DNA of 59,795 bases, counting the filler, from Jimgerdemannia flammicorona (lineage: Eukaryota): NCBI GenBank assembly GCA_003990765.1. It is 3 parts of 3 records of this genome, joined end to end, with 100 filler letters (N's around TTAATTAATTAA, not from the genome) between each part and the next. Parts side by side here need not be neighbours in the genome. Positions count along the whole stretch, not along the records: positions 19,966 to 39,830 come from RBNJ01001823.1; 2 more parts are not named here. The stretch is one strand, 5' to 3'. Shown here piece by piece: positions 24,186 to 36,501 of this stretch. Position numbers and translations under genes: made by a program. The notes beneath the pieces were generated by a model, which searched no databases, had not been told where the DNA came from, and saw nothing but the letters and a program-made list of their open reading frames with translations. The first letter of the stretch is position 1; the number at the start of each line of letters is the position of its first letter.

Positions 24186-26032
24186 TCACCACAAATGCGC
24201 CACGTGGTCGTAGAACGAGCACGTCGCCACCAATGACCTCCCGTTACGCACCCTGTCTGGATCGCACGACCAGTCGGCGCCGTAGACCATGGACTGATGA
24301 TCAAGAAAGCTGCTCGTCAGGGTGCATGTTGCCGGCTCTGCGGAATGTGCATGTGAGACCGGGGCACATTGACGTGAGGAGGTGTTGCCCGAAAGCGGAT
24401 CACCACAGAGTCCGTAGTTTGAGAACCCACCTACACCGCCGTCCAAGATCCCGCCTCGCACGTCCACCACGAACGCGCCCGCGTGCATGCATGCTGCTAG
24501 CAGGGTATGCCGCTCCGCTGGGTGCCATCGGAGCCGCCAGACGCCGCCGCCAGTGTGGAAGTCGGATATGGGCTGCCGCAGTGAGCGGACGTCCCAGAGC
24601 AAGATGTGTTCGTTGTAGCTGGTTACGTGAGGACCAAGGAGGGGCGCTGAGTGGACGGAAGTATAGGTGGTGGAATCCAAATGTGGGGGTAACGAAAGAT
24701 CTCTCGTGTTACCTGCCAGTGGCGAGGAAATGCGGGACGAGGGGAGAGGATTGGATCGCCGTGACACCCATGTCGAAGCTTGTGGATCGAGGTGGATAAT
24801 GTTGTGGATTACGGTAAATTAGGTGGTGATGAGAACGCAGATAAGCAGCGCGCCATTACCTAAGGAATAGTCCTTACCGTTTACTCACGAATGTCGGTCG
24901 GTTTGTTCCTGCTCGCAGATCCCATCCTTTAAATAGGCAGTCGTCCGCACCTGCGTGATAGACCAATGATAGTAATTCAAATTTCATAACTACCATTAGC
25001 GCCTCGCGAGAGTAAGATCGTAGAGCCCTACCACTATATAACACCTCAGCATCCCAATAATTCCATGCCGCGATCCACGTTTCGAAATCGTGCGCATGCC
25101 ATTGTTTGACGACTTCCGCTCTCTCGTTGTTGATGCTGATGACCGAGAGGGAGCCAGAAGAATGGGAGGTGGTGATTCGGGCGGCAACACTTATGGCGAA
25201 ACATCAGAAACAATACTACGAATGTTATTTTGGTACGTGTGAATGAAAAAAAAAAAAAAAAAAAAAAAAAAGAGCTCACTTTGGGGATACGCGATTGGAC
25301 CAGTCGAGAGAAAGGCAAAGGGTAGAGATATCGGGAATTGTGGCGAGATGGTGAGAGAGGGAGAGTCGAGCAATCTGATTTGTGATAGATTGAATGCATA
25401 GTGAGATCACGTATAACAAACAAATGGCTGCTCGTATTTTGAAGCTTACGCCATTGTCATCGTCTGCGAATTCGTAGAGACTCAGACTGCCGATGGAATC
25501 GACTACGCCCAAAATTTCTTTCCCAAAGATGCGGTGGTGAGACCTAGTATGACAAAAGGAAACCAATCTTGACAGCCATCCATCGTATGAGAATGAGAAA
25601 ACCACATATTCTTGAATTCTCTGGGAATTACCATTTCATATCTAGTACTGCGGGACATTCCAATCGTTGATGAACTTTCCTGCAAACCCCAAAAACCAAG
25701 AAGTAAGTTCGTCGTTTCCCATCGCATGGTGCCACGGGCCCAGACACACACAAGATTACCCACGTCGCCACGTTCCCCTCCTTTGTATCAACCACTTCGT
25801 ATATCAATATCCGCCCCAGCCGATCCATAGGCCTGTCCTTTCTTTCCACGTCTTCGTCATCCTTGGCCGTAGCCGCCGCTTCCTCCGTCTCGTTTTTTGC
25901 GAGCTGATACGTGCCACATGCAAAATAACGCGCGTTACCAGAGTCGATGAAGGGGTTGAATTCGATCGAATCCGCGCTATATTCAGTGTCTTGGCGGTGG
26001 AGAGACGGGACGCGTGTAGAGGTGGCCAACAT
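24186..26032 (-). CDS. DPH7: Diphthine methylesterase Dph7 (WDR85/Rrt2), multi-exon WD40
   Basis: DTEYSADSIEF, ACGTYQL, CLSLDWS, SYNEHILLWDVR, GGGVWRLRWHP, LLAACMH, HQSMVYGADW, ATCSFYD. Confidence 0.93.
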
Positions 26033-26274
26033 GGCAAAGTGTTAACTCTAAGCCACCATTCGAAAATTAGATTGCCCAGCGCAGCATTTGTTCATTTTTA
26101 CATTGTTTACTGTCTTCAGCAACATATCATTGCTCAGTACTCATTTACTTTTATTTTTGATTCTTATTCTTAAGGGATATTAATATTTTTTTGTCATGTA
26201 ATTACAATAAGCTCTTTTGACTCATCTGGGTTCAGTTTGGTTCTTTTCCACCCTCTTTTTTTTTTTTTTCCTAT

Positions 26275-26580
26275 ATAAAAAACTATGTCTTCTACTTTTT
26301 AGCCATTGCTCTTATTGCTCACAACTTCTCTTCACAAATCGATGCCAAGGAATGGACGTTATCTAACAAGGTCAAGAAAAGTGCTGGCTGCTATAACCTT
26401 TATGCAACACTGGAGTGCCATCGGGCAAGACCTGAACTTAACCCACGGCTGAGCTTGATGGGGGAGGCTTTAAACACTACCTATACTTACTATCCCTCAT
26501 CCCGCAGCGCAATCATATGCGCGAGCGATTTGTTATACAACGGATCCTCCTCAACAACCTTGTCCTCTACAACCCTTTAA
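26275..26580 (+). pseudogene. Possible small secreted-protein pseudogene (start codon ATA instead of ATG)
   Basis: (I)KNYVFYFLAIALIAHNFSSQIDA-KEW resembles a signal peptide with an IDA cleavage site; the frame is open for about 100 codons. Confidence 0.3.
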
Positions 26581-27049
26581 GCTTACCACTATACTATGTC
26601 GACACCTGCATCAACATCTCAGGCCCAAGTTCCAGTAGCGGGCCAGAGCTCTTCTTCGCCAAGCTGAAGATTCTGGCACCCCATTCACGTGAATTGGTGG
26701 AGCCACCGCTTTCTCATTATCGTCAACGTTCTGGCGACGGTTATGGATTTTTGCACTCGAAATACGGAGGACTAGACATGGTACAAGGAAGGGAGAGATA
26801 TCGTTGAGACAGTAAATCAGATCAATATGTCACTCACTAATCGATCCCCTTCGAATTCCCATGAAGCAGATTTATTGGTCACAATGGTCGTATCAACAAC
26901 AGCATGCCTTTCGGAGGCTATAAACTAGATACAGAAGAGATGCTGAGCAACCTTATCATTCTTGACGAAGACCTCGTTCGAATTCTTCTCGCCACTATCC
27001 TCATCAAAGTTCTTGTTGAAAGCATTACTAGCCTTGTGTAATAATCCTC

Positions 27050-28130
27050 CATATTCTTGCTGAATTATCATCTTTTCTTTGTCATATTACTCATAGAACA
27101 TTCCAGAATAACTTAGAATAGTATGGAATTACTTAGTCATTTGTCAAGAATCTGTTTCCTAAATAGTTCTGCCAAGATCTCAATTACTAATTGATGTTTA
27201 ATAACTCTTTGTAATGTTTTACTAAGTTCTACTAAGTATGACTTATTGCTCAGTATCTAGCTTAGTAATGTTCTATCTATTTCTTTTTCTCTTATATAAA
27301 TATTCTCTCTGAATACTTCAATAAAGCTCAGTCTAGTTAGTTATTACATATTTTACTTAAATCCTTTAAAGGTAATTGAACTTTTCAAGTTCTATTTCTT
27401 AAATCTAGTTATATATTTCTATTTGAAAATTTGCTGATATATAGTCTAAGTTTTAGATTTCATCTGACTTAACTATATCAAAGCATTCTTGTACTTCAAT
27501 AAGTATAATTGTTCTTTATAATATATATATTTATTATATCTTAAGCTATATATATATTCAATAATTAAAAGTTAGAAATGAGATAAGCTTTACTCTGACC
27601 TTCTCCTTAGACTGCTCTTATCAGGTAACTTTGCATTTCATCTCACCTCTCTAAAAATGCAAATCTACATTCATTAACATAAGTGAGTTAATATAATAAA
27701 TAATATTGTATCATATATAATCTTCTCACCAAGCTTTCTACTATTATTATTATTAGATATTGTAATAATTTCATGTCTTCTAATTTCAATTACAGCAGCA
27801 TATGTATTCAGTTTCTTGCTATAGTTGAGAACATAGTTCAGCTGATAGAAAAAGTTAGCAAAAAAGTTAGTTATAAATTTTATTTATATAAATAATAATA
27901 AAAATTTACACCTTCAATCTTAATATATAAAAGTATCAATTGCTTTTACAATTTAGCATATTGAAGACCATACAGTAAGTTCAAAGTCTTGAGATCACTC
28001 CAGAACATTCTAACTTCTGAAGAACATTTGCTAGCCTGAAGTAGCTCATTAAAAGAGAAAATGAGAAATTATATGATTAAACAATAAGATGCTGGTAACT
28101 GTTGGTAAACTGTGAAAAGCTCAAGGGCCC
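27050..28130. mobile_element. AT-rich, CpG-depleted TE relic inside the gene island
   Basis: Abrupt composition shift matching the decayed TE blocks. No recognisable domain. Confidence 0.5.
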
Positions 28131-28381
28131 AATACTGGGTAGCTCAAAGGCCATCATAGTGTGTCGCAGCAATGGATCAAGGTCCGTCTTAGGGACATAT
28201 GGCACGCGTCAAAATAAAAAGGGTATGCAAGGCACTTACGTTCTTCCTCATACTAAGCCACCAAGGTAAGATTTAAAATATGATAAATCAATGACATCAC
28301 TGAACCAGCTGTGACTGCTTGGCATCAATATAAATTTCTAATTTTCTACGCTGCAATCCTCCATCACACAAAGAAAGAATA

Positions 28382-31300
28382 ATGAATCAGGCACATCGCA
28401 AGAAACCTTTCAGCAATAAGCAGAAAAAGAAACAGTTGCAGGAAAAACGCGCAAAGAAACTTGTGAAAGACACCTCTAGGATTACAGATTACCAAGAGAC
28501 AAAACCCAACGCCCAGGGACACGGTGACCCGGAGCAGGGACAGCCAGCCGATACCAAAGCCCCAGCGCAAGAGGCACCAAAAGCTAAACATGAGGGAAAT
28601 AATGTCGTACGGGACACTAAAGGAGTGAGGATCAATAGGTATGTACATCGATTTGACGTTAGTGCACGGTAACTATGTGAGAGTTTCCTCGCCTCTTAAC
28701 CGCCATATTTTCACCAAAGACTACGCTCGGTTTTTGAAAAGCCAACCGCCGACGTCATCGAAGCCTCGCGTCTTTCCAGTATGCAGCCGTTACATCGATT
28801 GTCGCAGGTGCGTTGCAAAAGAACTCTCGTTGACTCTATCACGACGCACAATGAATGAAGACAAGCACGTGTCTGAATAAGATTTTGACGTCTCTTCTGA
28901 CCCCTTCAATGGCTTTTATGGGTATCCACAATATTCGTTCACGTAGGTCGCCCTAGAAACATCTTTCACAGATGTATATCCGACCGTAATTGACTTCCCC
29001 TGTCGCCCGTCCTGGTCTTACGACTCCTCCAAGGAGGAATTAGAAGCAAGAGAACAGCACTATTTTGATGCTTGGATGGACGAAGTTTACCGTAAATACC
29101 CGAACGAGCGCCTGAGCTTGTTTGAACACAATCTGGAGGTATGGAGACAGCTGTAGGTATCCACTTATCCCTGCTTAAGCGACACGATGGCGATTGTAAA
29201 AAACCGGATGCTGAGTCCTCAATTTGATCGTCATGACGTTTTGCCTATTTTCCTTTCCACGTGTACATCACAGTTGGCGCGTCTTCGAAATTAGCGATAT
29301 TATCCTCATCATCGTTGACGTGCGCCATCCCATCCTGCACTTCCCGCCCTCCCTTTATCGCTATGTCGTGGAGGAACTCGGGCGTGGACTCGTGGTCGTG
29401 TTCAACAAGATGGATCTAGTCGCCGAGAACACGCTGTACGCGTGGCGCAAGTACTTCGAGGAGACCTACCCAGAGTTGCACGTGGCATCATTTAGCGCGT
29501 ATCCTCGGGACGAGAAGCTGATTAACGACACGGCTATATGTTAGTCTTTTTTTTTTTTTATCTTTTTTCCGAGGAATTGGGAATAATAGCCTTGTTAAAT
29601 GGAAAAGGTTATGCCAATCATCGGCATCAATGTTGCACAACAGACGCACTCCAAAGCCGCACACGCCGCCCTCGTAGACGTTATTATCATGCATGGGGTG
29701 TCAAGACCCTGCTCAACGCATGTCGCGATGTTAAGGTCGAGAAGGATGGAGTGCGAGTCGACTGGGATGAACTGATCCGCCAGTATGATCGCCTGAATGA
29801 AAATGAGGAAGGAGGCGAGGAGGGAGAGGAGGAAGAGGAGGAGGGGGAGGAGGAGGAGGAGGAGGAGAGGGAGGTACCGCGGAAAACCGGTCGGAAGCAC
29901 GGGAAAGATGATCGATTAGCGGAGGAGGTGGCGGAGAAGCTGACAACGGACGTCTCAAACGAGGGCGTGACGCCGCATAGGGATTATGTGACCATCGGGC
30001 TTGTAGGTGTGTACTGCTGTAATAGACAATTTGAAGTGATCCTTTGCGGTTGGTACGATGTTCCCAGGTATATCATGCATTTATGTAGTTCTCCCAATTT
30101 CTGACTGTCGGTAACAGGCCATCCGAATGTGGGAAAAAGCAGTCTGATTAATAGCATTGTGGGACGAACAGTGGTCAGCACAAGCAGGACGCCAGGTAAG
30201 ATTGCAATTGCTCCACGATTCCAGCTCCTCCATTTTTCGTATGTCATGAAACTTAGGTTAGCAGTGACGAGACAATCAATAAAAAATGTTTTTAGTCGAC
30301 CTCTTTATCGAACATCTATTGATTCATTTTTCTCAGGACACACTAAACACTTTCAGACGATTCATCTCACGGCGAACGTACGGCTGTGTGATGGGCCGGG
30401 GTTGGTGTTTCCCAGCTTGCTCCCAAAACCGCTGCAGGTATGATATTTTTCCCGAGTGTGTTGTGATGGACCATTTGCATTATGTTTAGACATTGTCAGT
30501 TTCATATTACAACTGCACTCTTTAGATTTTATCCGGCATGTATCCCATCGCCCAAGTCCAGGAGCCTTATAGCACTGTGCAATACTTGGTAGAGAATTCC
30601 CTTCTCATTTTAGTGAGCATCTGGATATTTGTAATTATATTTGAGCGGATCGCTCATTCAAATATGCCACCGCACCTTCCCTTTTGTCACCACCTTGTGA
30701 TGAACTCCAGGCGGAACGTGTGCCTCTGGAATCCATTATGAGACTTGAACCCCCAGACCTGGAAGATTACAAGCAGCATCGCTGGTCGGCGTGGTCGATT
30801 TGCGAAGGTGAGGGATTTAAATCTAGACTAAAGCAAATTCTTTGTTGAACGTTTTGAATCAATGAAATCAAGTGTTTTCCAAAGACTGGTATGAACGACC
30901 TGGAGTATCTGTGTTTTGCATGCTTTTACATCTTGGCTTTTCTCCGTGTCCTTGCTTCAGCTTATGCCATTCAACGAGGGTTTTATACATCCAAAGCGGC
31001 GAGACCAGACGTTTACCGAGGTGCATACAAATTTCCTCAGGTCTGGACGCGTCCGCTTTCTATTTGGTTTCTTGTGCAAATACGTTCTTATGATTTCTCG
31101 ACGTACCGATTAGCCGCCAATGCGATCCTTCGTCTCGCCAACGATGGCCGGATCCTACTCTCCTTCAAGCCACCCGGGTTCTTCACATCGACCAAGTACG
31201 AGAAATCACGGGTCCAGGATGCAGATCGAGCGCTTACCGAGAACTGCCAGGACCAGAATATTGAACAGATTGATGGCGCCGAAACATTACCTGGCAGCGA

Positions 31301-31394
31301 GAAACGGGTAACGGTTCGAACCGGCGGGTTCTTTGGGCTTTTAAACATGGAGGAGGAGGAGGAGGAGGAGGAGGAGGAGGAGGAGGAAGAGTAA
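28382..31394 (+). CDS. GNL1: GNL1-like circularly permuted GTPase (YlqF/Lsg1 family), multi-exon
   Basis: RKKPFSNKQKKKQLQEKR, DFPCRPSWSY, FEHNLEVWRQLWRV, DVRHPILHFPPSLY, NKMD, GHPNVGKSS, SRTPGHTKHFQT, LCDGPGLVFP, YPIAQVQEPY, RPDVYRAAN. Confidence 0.9.
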
Positions 31395-31972
31395 GAAGAA
31401 GAAAATGATGATGACAATTGAAGACATGTCAAAAATTTTAAACGTTTTGTGATCTGAGAATCTGTAATGAGGGGATATCCTGAAACATCATGATGGACCT
31501 CGTTGGGTCTTCCTTGTCCTTAGTAGTCTGTGTGGCTTTAGCAAATTTAATCATGCGATGGTTTTGTCCTCTTGGTACTTTGGAGCGTCCTTGCCTTCTA
31601 CGGCGGCCTGGTGGTTTCGTTCGTCGGTGGGATTGCTATAATGGCGTCGTTGTGAACTTGGAAGGCCGCGTCGTCGCATCGTGCTGAACCTTGGTTCGCC
31701 ACGCTTACCTCGAGGCTGTAGCCCATCTATTTATTGGTGCAGGGCGTCTTCAAGGATCTCGGGCAGCAGTGAAAGTCCTTCGTTTTTTTTTTTTTTTGTT
31801 TATTTAACCCTTTCCACTAGTAGTAAACTGGAAAGAGTCTTAATGTCAGCTCGAAAGAATCCATATCTGGCTGATAATTCACCGTAAACTGCGACGCCAA
31901 GCAGTCACAACTGGGTAAGGTCCCGAGGACGGGCTCATCCACCAAAAAAATTCTCCCAAACTTCACTTTCAG

Positions 31973-33687
31973 ATGGCCTCCGAACAGACAACCGACAAAA
32001 AGGACCCAGAGGAGACCTCCTTCACTGATTTGGGCATCATCAAACCCCTCAGCGACGCCTGCGCCCAGCTTAACTTCAAACACCCCACCGAAATCCAATG
32101 CGAGTCAATACCTTGGGCCCTTGAGGGTCGCGATATTATCGGCCTCGCTCAGACCGGCTCAGGCAAGACTGCTGCTTTTGCTCTGCCCATCCTTCAAGCG
32201 CTTTGGGAGGCACCTCAAGGTCTTTTTGCATGTGTGATGGCTCCGACAAGGTAGGGGCCCAAGAACCGTACTAGCATCCTTCTTTCTGGCTAATTTCCGC
32301 CTAGTTGCTCAAGTTATATTTCAATTCTCGCAGAGAACTTGCTTTCCAGATATCCGAAACCTTCGAAGCTCTTGGTGCCCTGATTGGTGTCCGTTGCGCC
32401 GTTATCGTCGGCGGCATGGACATGATGTCTCAATCGATTGCCCTTTCCAAGAAACCACACATCCTCGTCTGCACGCCCGGTCGCCTCGCCGACCATCTCG
32501 AAAATACTAAGGGGTTCAGCCTGCGAAATCTCAAGTATCTAGTTATGGACGAAGCTGATCGCTTGCTGGACATGGATTTCGGACCCAAGATCGACCAGAT
32601 CTTGAAGGTGATCCCCAAAGAGCGACATACATATCTGTTCTCGGCGACGATGACGACAAAGGTTCAGAAACTGCAGAGGGCGAGCTTGAATAATCCTGTA
32701 AAGGTCGAAGTGTCCACTAAGTGAGTGCCTTTGGTCTGCCAACCCGGCTGTATTTTGACGCTTCACAAACAACTAACATTTCATTGTTGCCTATGAAAGA
32801 TACTCGACGGTCTCCACCCTCCTTCAGCACTACTTATTCTTCCCGCTCAAGCACAAGGATTGTTATCTTGTGTATCTCCTCAATGAACTCGCCGGTCACT
32901 CCACCATCATCTTCACGCGTACCGTCAATGACACACAAAAAATCGCCATCATTCTCAGGAATCTCGGGTTTCCCGCAATTCCGCTTCATGGGCAGCTTGC
33001 GCAGTCGAAACGGCTAGGTGCGCTCAACAAGTTCAAGAGCGGAGCGCGGAATATTCTGGTGGCGACGGATGTGGCGAGCAGGTGTGTTTTGTGGGATGGA
33101 AGAGTTTGTGGAATGAGATAAATCAAGATCATGATCGACGTTCCGACAACGGAAAGGTGTATGTGAATACCTGGATTCGCTTGTCTGGAAAGGCATCATT
33201 TTCAACGTTTTTGATATTTATGCTGTCCCTTTACAGAGGTCTTGACATCCCTATGGTCGACGTGGTTATCAACTACGATGTTCCCACAACCTCCAAAGAC
33301 TACATCCACCGCGTGGGTCGCACCGCGCGCGCTGGTCGCTCGGGTAAATCCTGCACCTTCGTGACGCAGTACGACGTTGAGCTCATCCAGCGGATCGAGA
33401 AGGACCTCAACCGTACCCTTGATCCCTACCCGTTGGAGAAAGAGGACGTCCTCCTGCTACAGGAGCGCGTCTCAGAGGCGCAGAGATTAGCGGTTCACGA
33501 GATGAAGGAGCTGGCGGCAGCGGGTAAGGAAGGGAAGAGCAAGAGGATGAGGAGCGAGGGTAATGACGATGATCGGGATCGGGATGATGACGTTGTGCAA
33601 GCGGGGGGAGGGAAGTTTGGAGGAAAGGCTGGAGCTAATAAGAAGAGTGGCGGTAAGGGGAAGAGTTCGAAGAGGGGGAGATTCTGA
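31973..33687 (+). CDS. RRP3: DEAD-box rRNA helicase Rrp3/DDX47, 4 exons
   Basis: [59 protein letters not shown]. Confidence 0.96.
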
Positions 33688-33921
33688 GTAAGCCATGTTG
33701 TTTGAACAAAATTGCGATGCAATAGGATATGCCTTTATGTTGGATATGTGGATCTTGTAGAGTTTCGTTGACAAGGAATATTGTACCCTTTATTATTAAG
33801 CCAGCCATGTAATCATTTTGAAACATTAATGCCTAGCCTAGTCCCAGCCTAGTGCTGCGCCATAACATGACGTAGGCGAAATTTTAAATGGTGCGCAAAA
33901 CACGAAAAGAGCAAGACAGCC

Positions 33922-36190
33922 ATGGTCACCATTAAGAAACCCAAACCTAATGCCGCCCTACATTTATCGCCATTGGTGGGTGCCACCACCACCAACCATC
34001 CGACAAACTTAAGCAACGCCAAATCTGACACGACGAGCCGGCAGCGACCAAATCGCTCGCAATCCGTCGTCGAAGTGGTTATCGATCTAGAGGCCAACCC
34101 GGTCAAGAAGGGAAGGCGCAAGAAGAAGACGATAGATACTGAGGAGGCGAGCAAGACTGACGAAATTAAGGAAAAAAAGGGAAGATACCGCCCGCTTTTG
34201 AGTGAGTTGTGTTCATTTTTGGTAGGGCAAGTCATAGATCTGAGGTTCAGAGAAATAGTAATTGAGGTTTCAAAGGGGGGGTTTTTTTTCTTTCTTTTTC
34301 TTTTTTTTTTAGTATTACATATTTTAGCTCCTTTGCGATTGCTAACACGCAATCTCTCTGGTCTTATATATTGCTCATACCATAGCATCCACGTATAATC
34401 TCGGCCATATCATCCGCGCGCACTCCCGCAATGTTGACTTCGGCGCAACTGACGATGAGGTTGACGTCTGGGCTTGCGAATTTCAACCGCAATCCACCCA
34501 CGTCGCGACTTGTGGTGGCAACACCATCTGCTTGATCGACGCCGCTCAAGGACGTGTGATCCGCAAATACACGCACCTTGAAGTCGGGGAAGAGTTCTAT
34601 TGTCTTTCGTGGACAACCGTAGCTGGAGAAAATCCGGGTGCAGGCGCCGTGGAGCCAAGTGACGCGAACAAGAGCGATAGTGACGACGGAGGCGAATTGA
34701 ATACAAATCCTCGGGCAGACGATAGAGCCAAGCCCGTCCAGGATCAAGAATGTGACATTCTCGCCGTGGCGGGCCGGATCGGTTCCGTCAAGCTATTGAA
34801 CCCTCTGCAAAACGAATGCTATCGATACCTCTTTGGGCATACGAAACCAGTGGTCCGGGTCACGTTTTCGAAAACCAGACGGAGGTGGCTGTTTAGTATG
34901 TGTTATATATTGCTTCATTAGCTTTCCGATTTGAATCGGGAACTTTGGTAAAACACGTCATTCCACCTTGACATCGTTACGGGTCTCCAATGTTGATGTA
35001 TACTGTACGTACTACTGACGGGTTGTTGTCTTCTTGGCTTTTTTATTGACTACAAAGGTCTATCGTTAGACCGCACTGTGCGGTTATGGGATATAGGAAC
35101 GACCAATGCAAAAGATGACCAAGGTGGATCTGTGTAAGACTTTACATTGCGTATACCCTGTCCTAAACTCATCGATGTGGGACCTCATCTTGCTCTTCCT
35201 TTCGTATAATATTATCCACACATGCTGATTACTACGCCACACCTCTATTAGTTGCCTTGCTGTTTTCCCACTCCAGATTTTCCCCTCACCCCCAAGCGCG
35301 TTCTGTCTTTCCCATGATGACAATTCTTTTATGGTCGGCTTCCAGGACGGAACAATGGCGCGGTTTGATGTTGGCGATATCATGCGTGAATCTCTTGTTT
35401 CAGAGCCGGCGAAGAGAAGGAGGCCAAGAAAGGCAGAGAAGATAGGGAAAAGGGTCGGGAAAGAGGCAGAGCAGTTGCAGCCCATTGTCGTATATCCTGT
35501 AGGGGTGGAGTGGCATGAGAGTAATGTGGATGATATCGCAGTGATTGGTGATGGCTTTATTGGTAAGTGGGATGGGGATTATTAGATCATTATATCCAAG
35601 CTCCAGATTGCACATTGGTGCTCATGCTTCCACTCGTGTACTTCCAGTCTCTCGCGCTGCGCAAGATCAAGAAATCATGGTTTGGGATCCGCGCACCAGC
35701 ACTCCCACCGACGCTGCCATACGATGTCTGCTTCATTGGCCGATATGTGACACTTTTTGTTTGAAGTTCCGAGTTGTTGAAGGAGAAGGTACGCTGGCAT
35801 TCAAATTAGCTATTTAGGATCATTTGAGTGAGACTTCATTGTATCATCCGGCTTATTCTTATGTTTGCAGGGGAACGTGTTCTTGTTGCGGGCGACTGCG
35901 AAGGGAAAATCAGGATATATAATGTCGGCGATTTAAGACATAGTCAAACACTCCCAAACGAGAGTAAAGAGATGTTCGATCCGGATAAGGTATGCTATCT
36001 TTCGAGGCGGAAAGAGGGTGGAATTTCGCACTGGATATTGCATCTGATAAGTGGTTTTCGCTGCCACTAGATTCTGGGCCACGCGCAATCGAATAGAGTG
36101 ATTCGCGATGTGTGCGTGTCCCACGACTGCGCGCTGATTGTCGCTGTTGATTCGGAGAATCGGGTGTTCGTGTGGCGGAGGGAGGGTTGA
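33922..36190 (+). CDS. LRWD1/ORCA-like (EED-related) WD40 protein with a basic N-terminus and no LRR; about 7 exons
   Basis: Spliced translation HIIRAHSRN..VWACEFQP..VATCGGNTICLID..GRVIRKY..GEEFYCLSWT..LAVAG..G..KLL..GH..LFS.SLDRTVRLWDIG..VAVDSENRVFVW; in-phase GT-AG introns. Confidence 0.75.
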
Positions 36191-36501
36191 TGAAATACGA
36201 GGAGTATTGCTAGGTTTTTCCTTTTCTATGACAATGTTGCTGACAATGATTCTTGACGTTTGAGTTCCTAATCAAAATTATTACTAATAAACTAGTTGAA
36301 CTAGATAATAATAAAGTGATGAGTTATTTTCTATTATTATAGGACATAATGCTTAAGAAAACCTATAGTAGTCAAGCAGCATACCCAATTCATGGACTGC
36401 AAATGAATGACATCAGCTTAGCAGTCACCACTGCCACATTTAATGCAACGAGCAACGAAACGCCTCTTGAACTCATTCTTTCTCGCTGTATAGCGAACAT
36501 A

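Noticed and set aside
29153..29170. U12-type intron donor (GTATCC) in GNL1
   Set aside because: The sequence is GTATCCAC rather than GTATCCTT, and the QLWRV frame requires the ordinary GT donor at 29153.
31490..31770. Small gene between GNL1 and RRP3
   Set aside because: Only short interrupted frames on both strands, with no recognisable motif.
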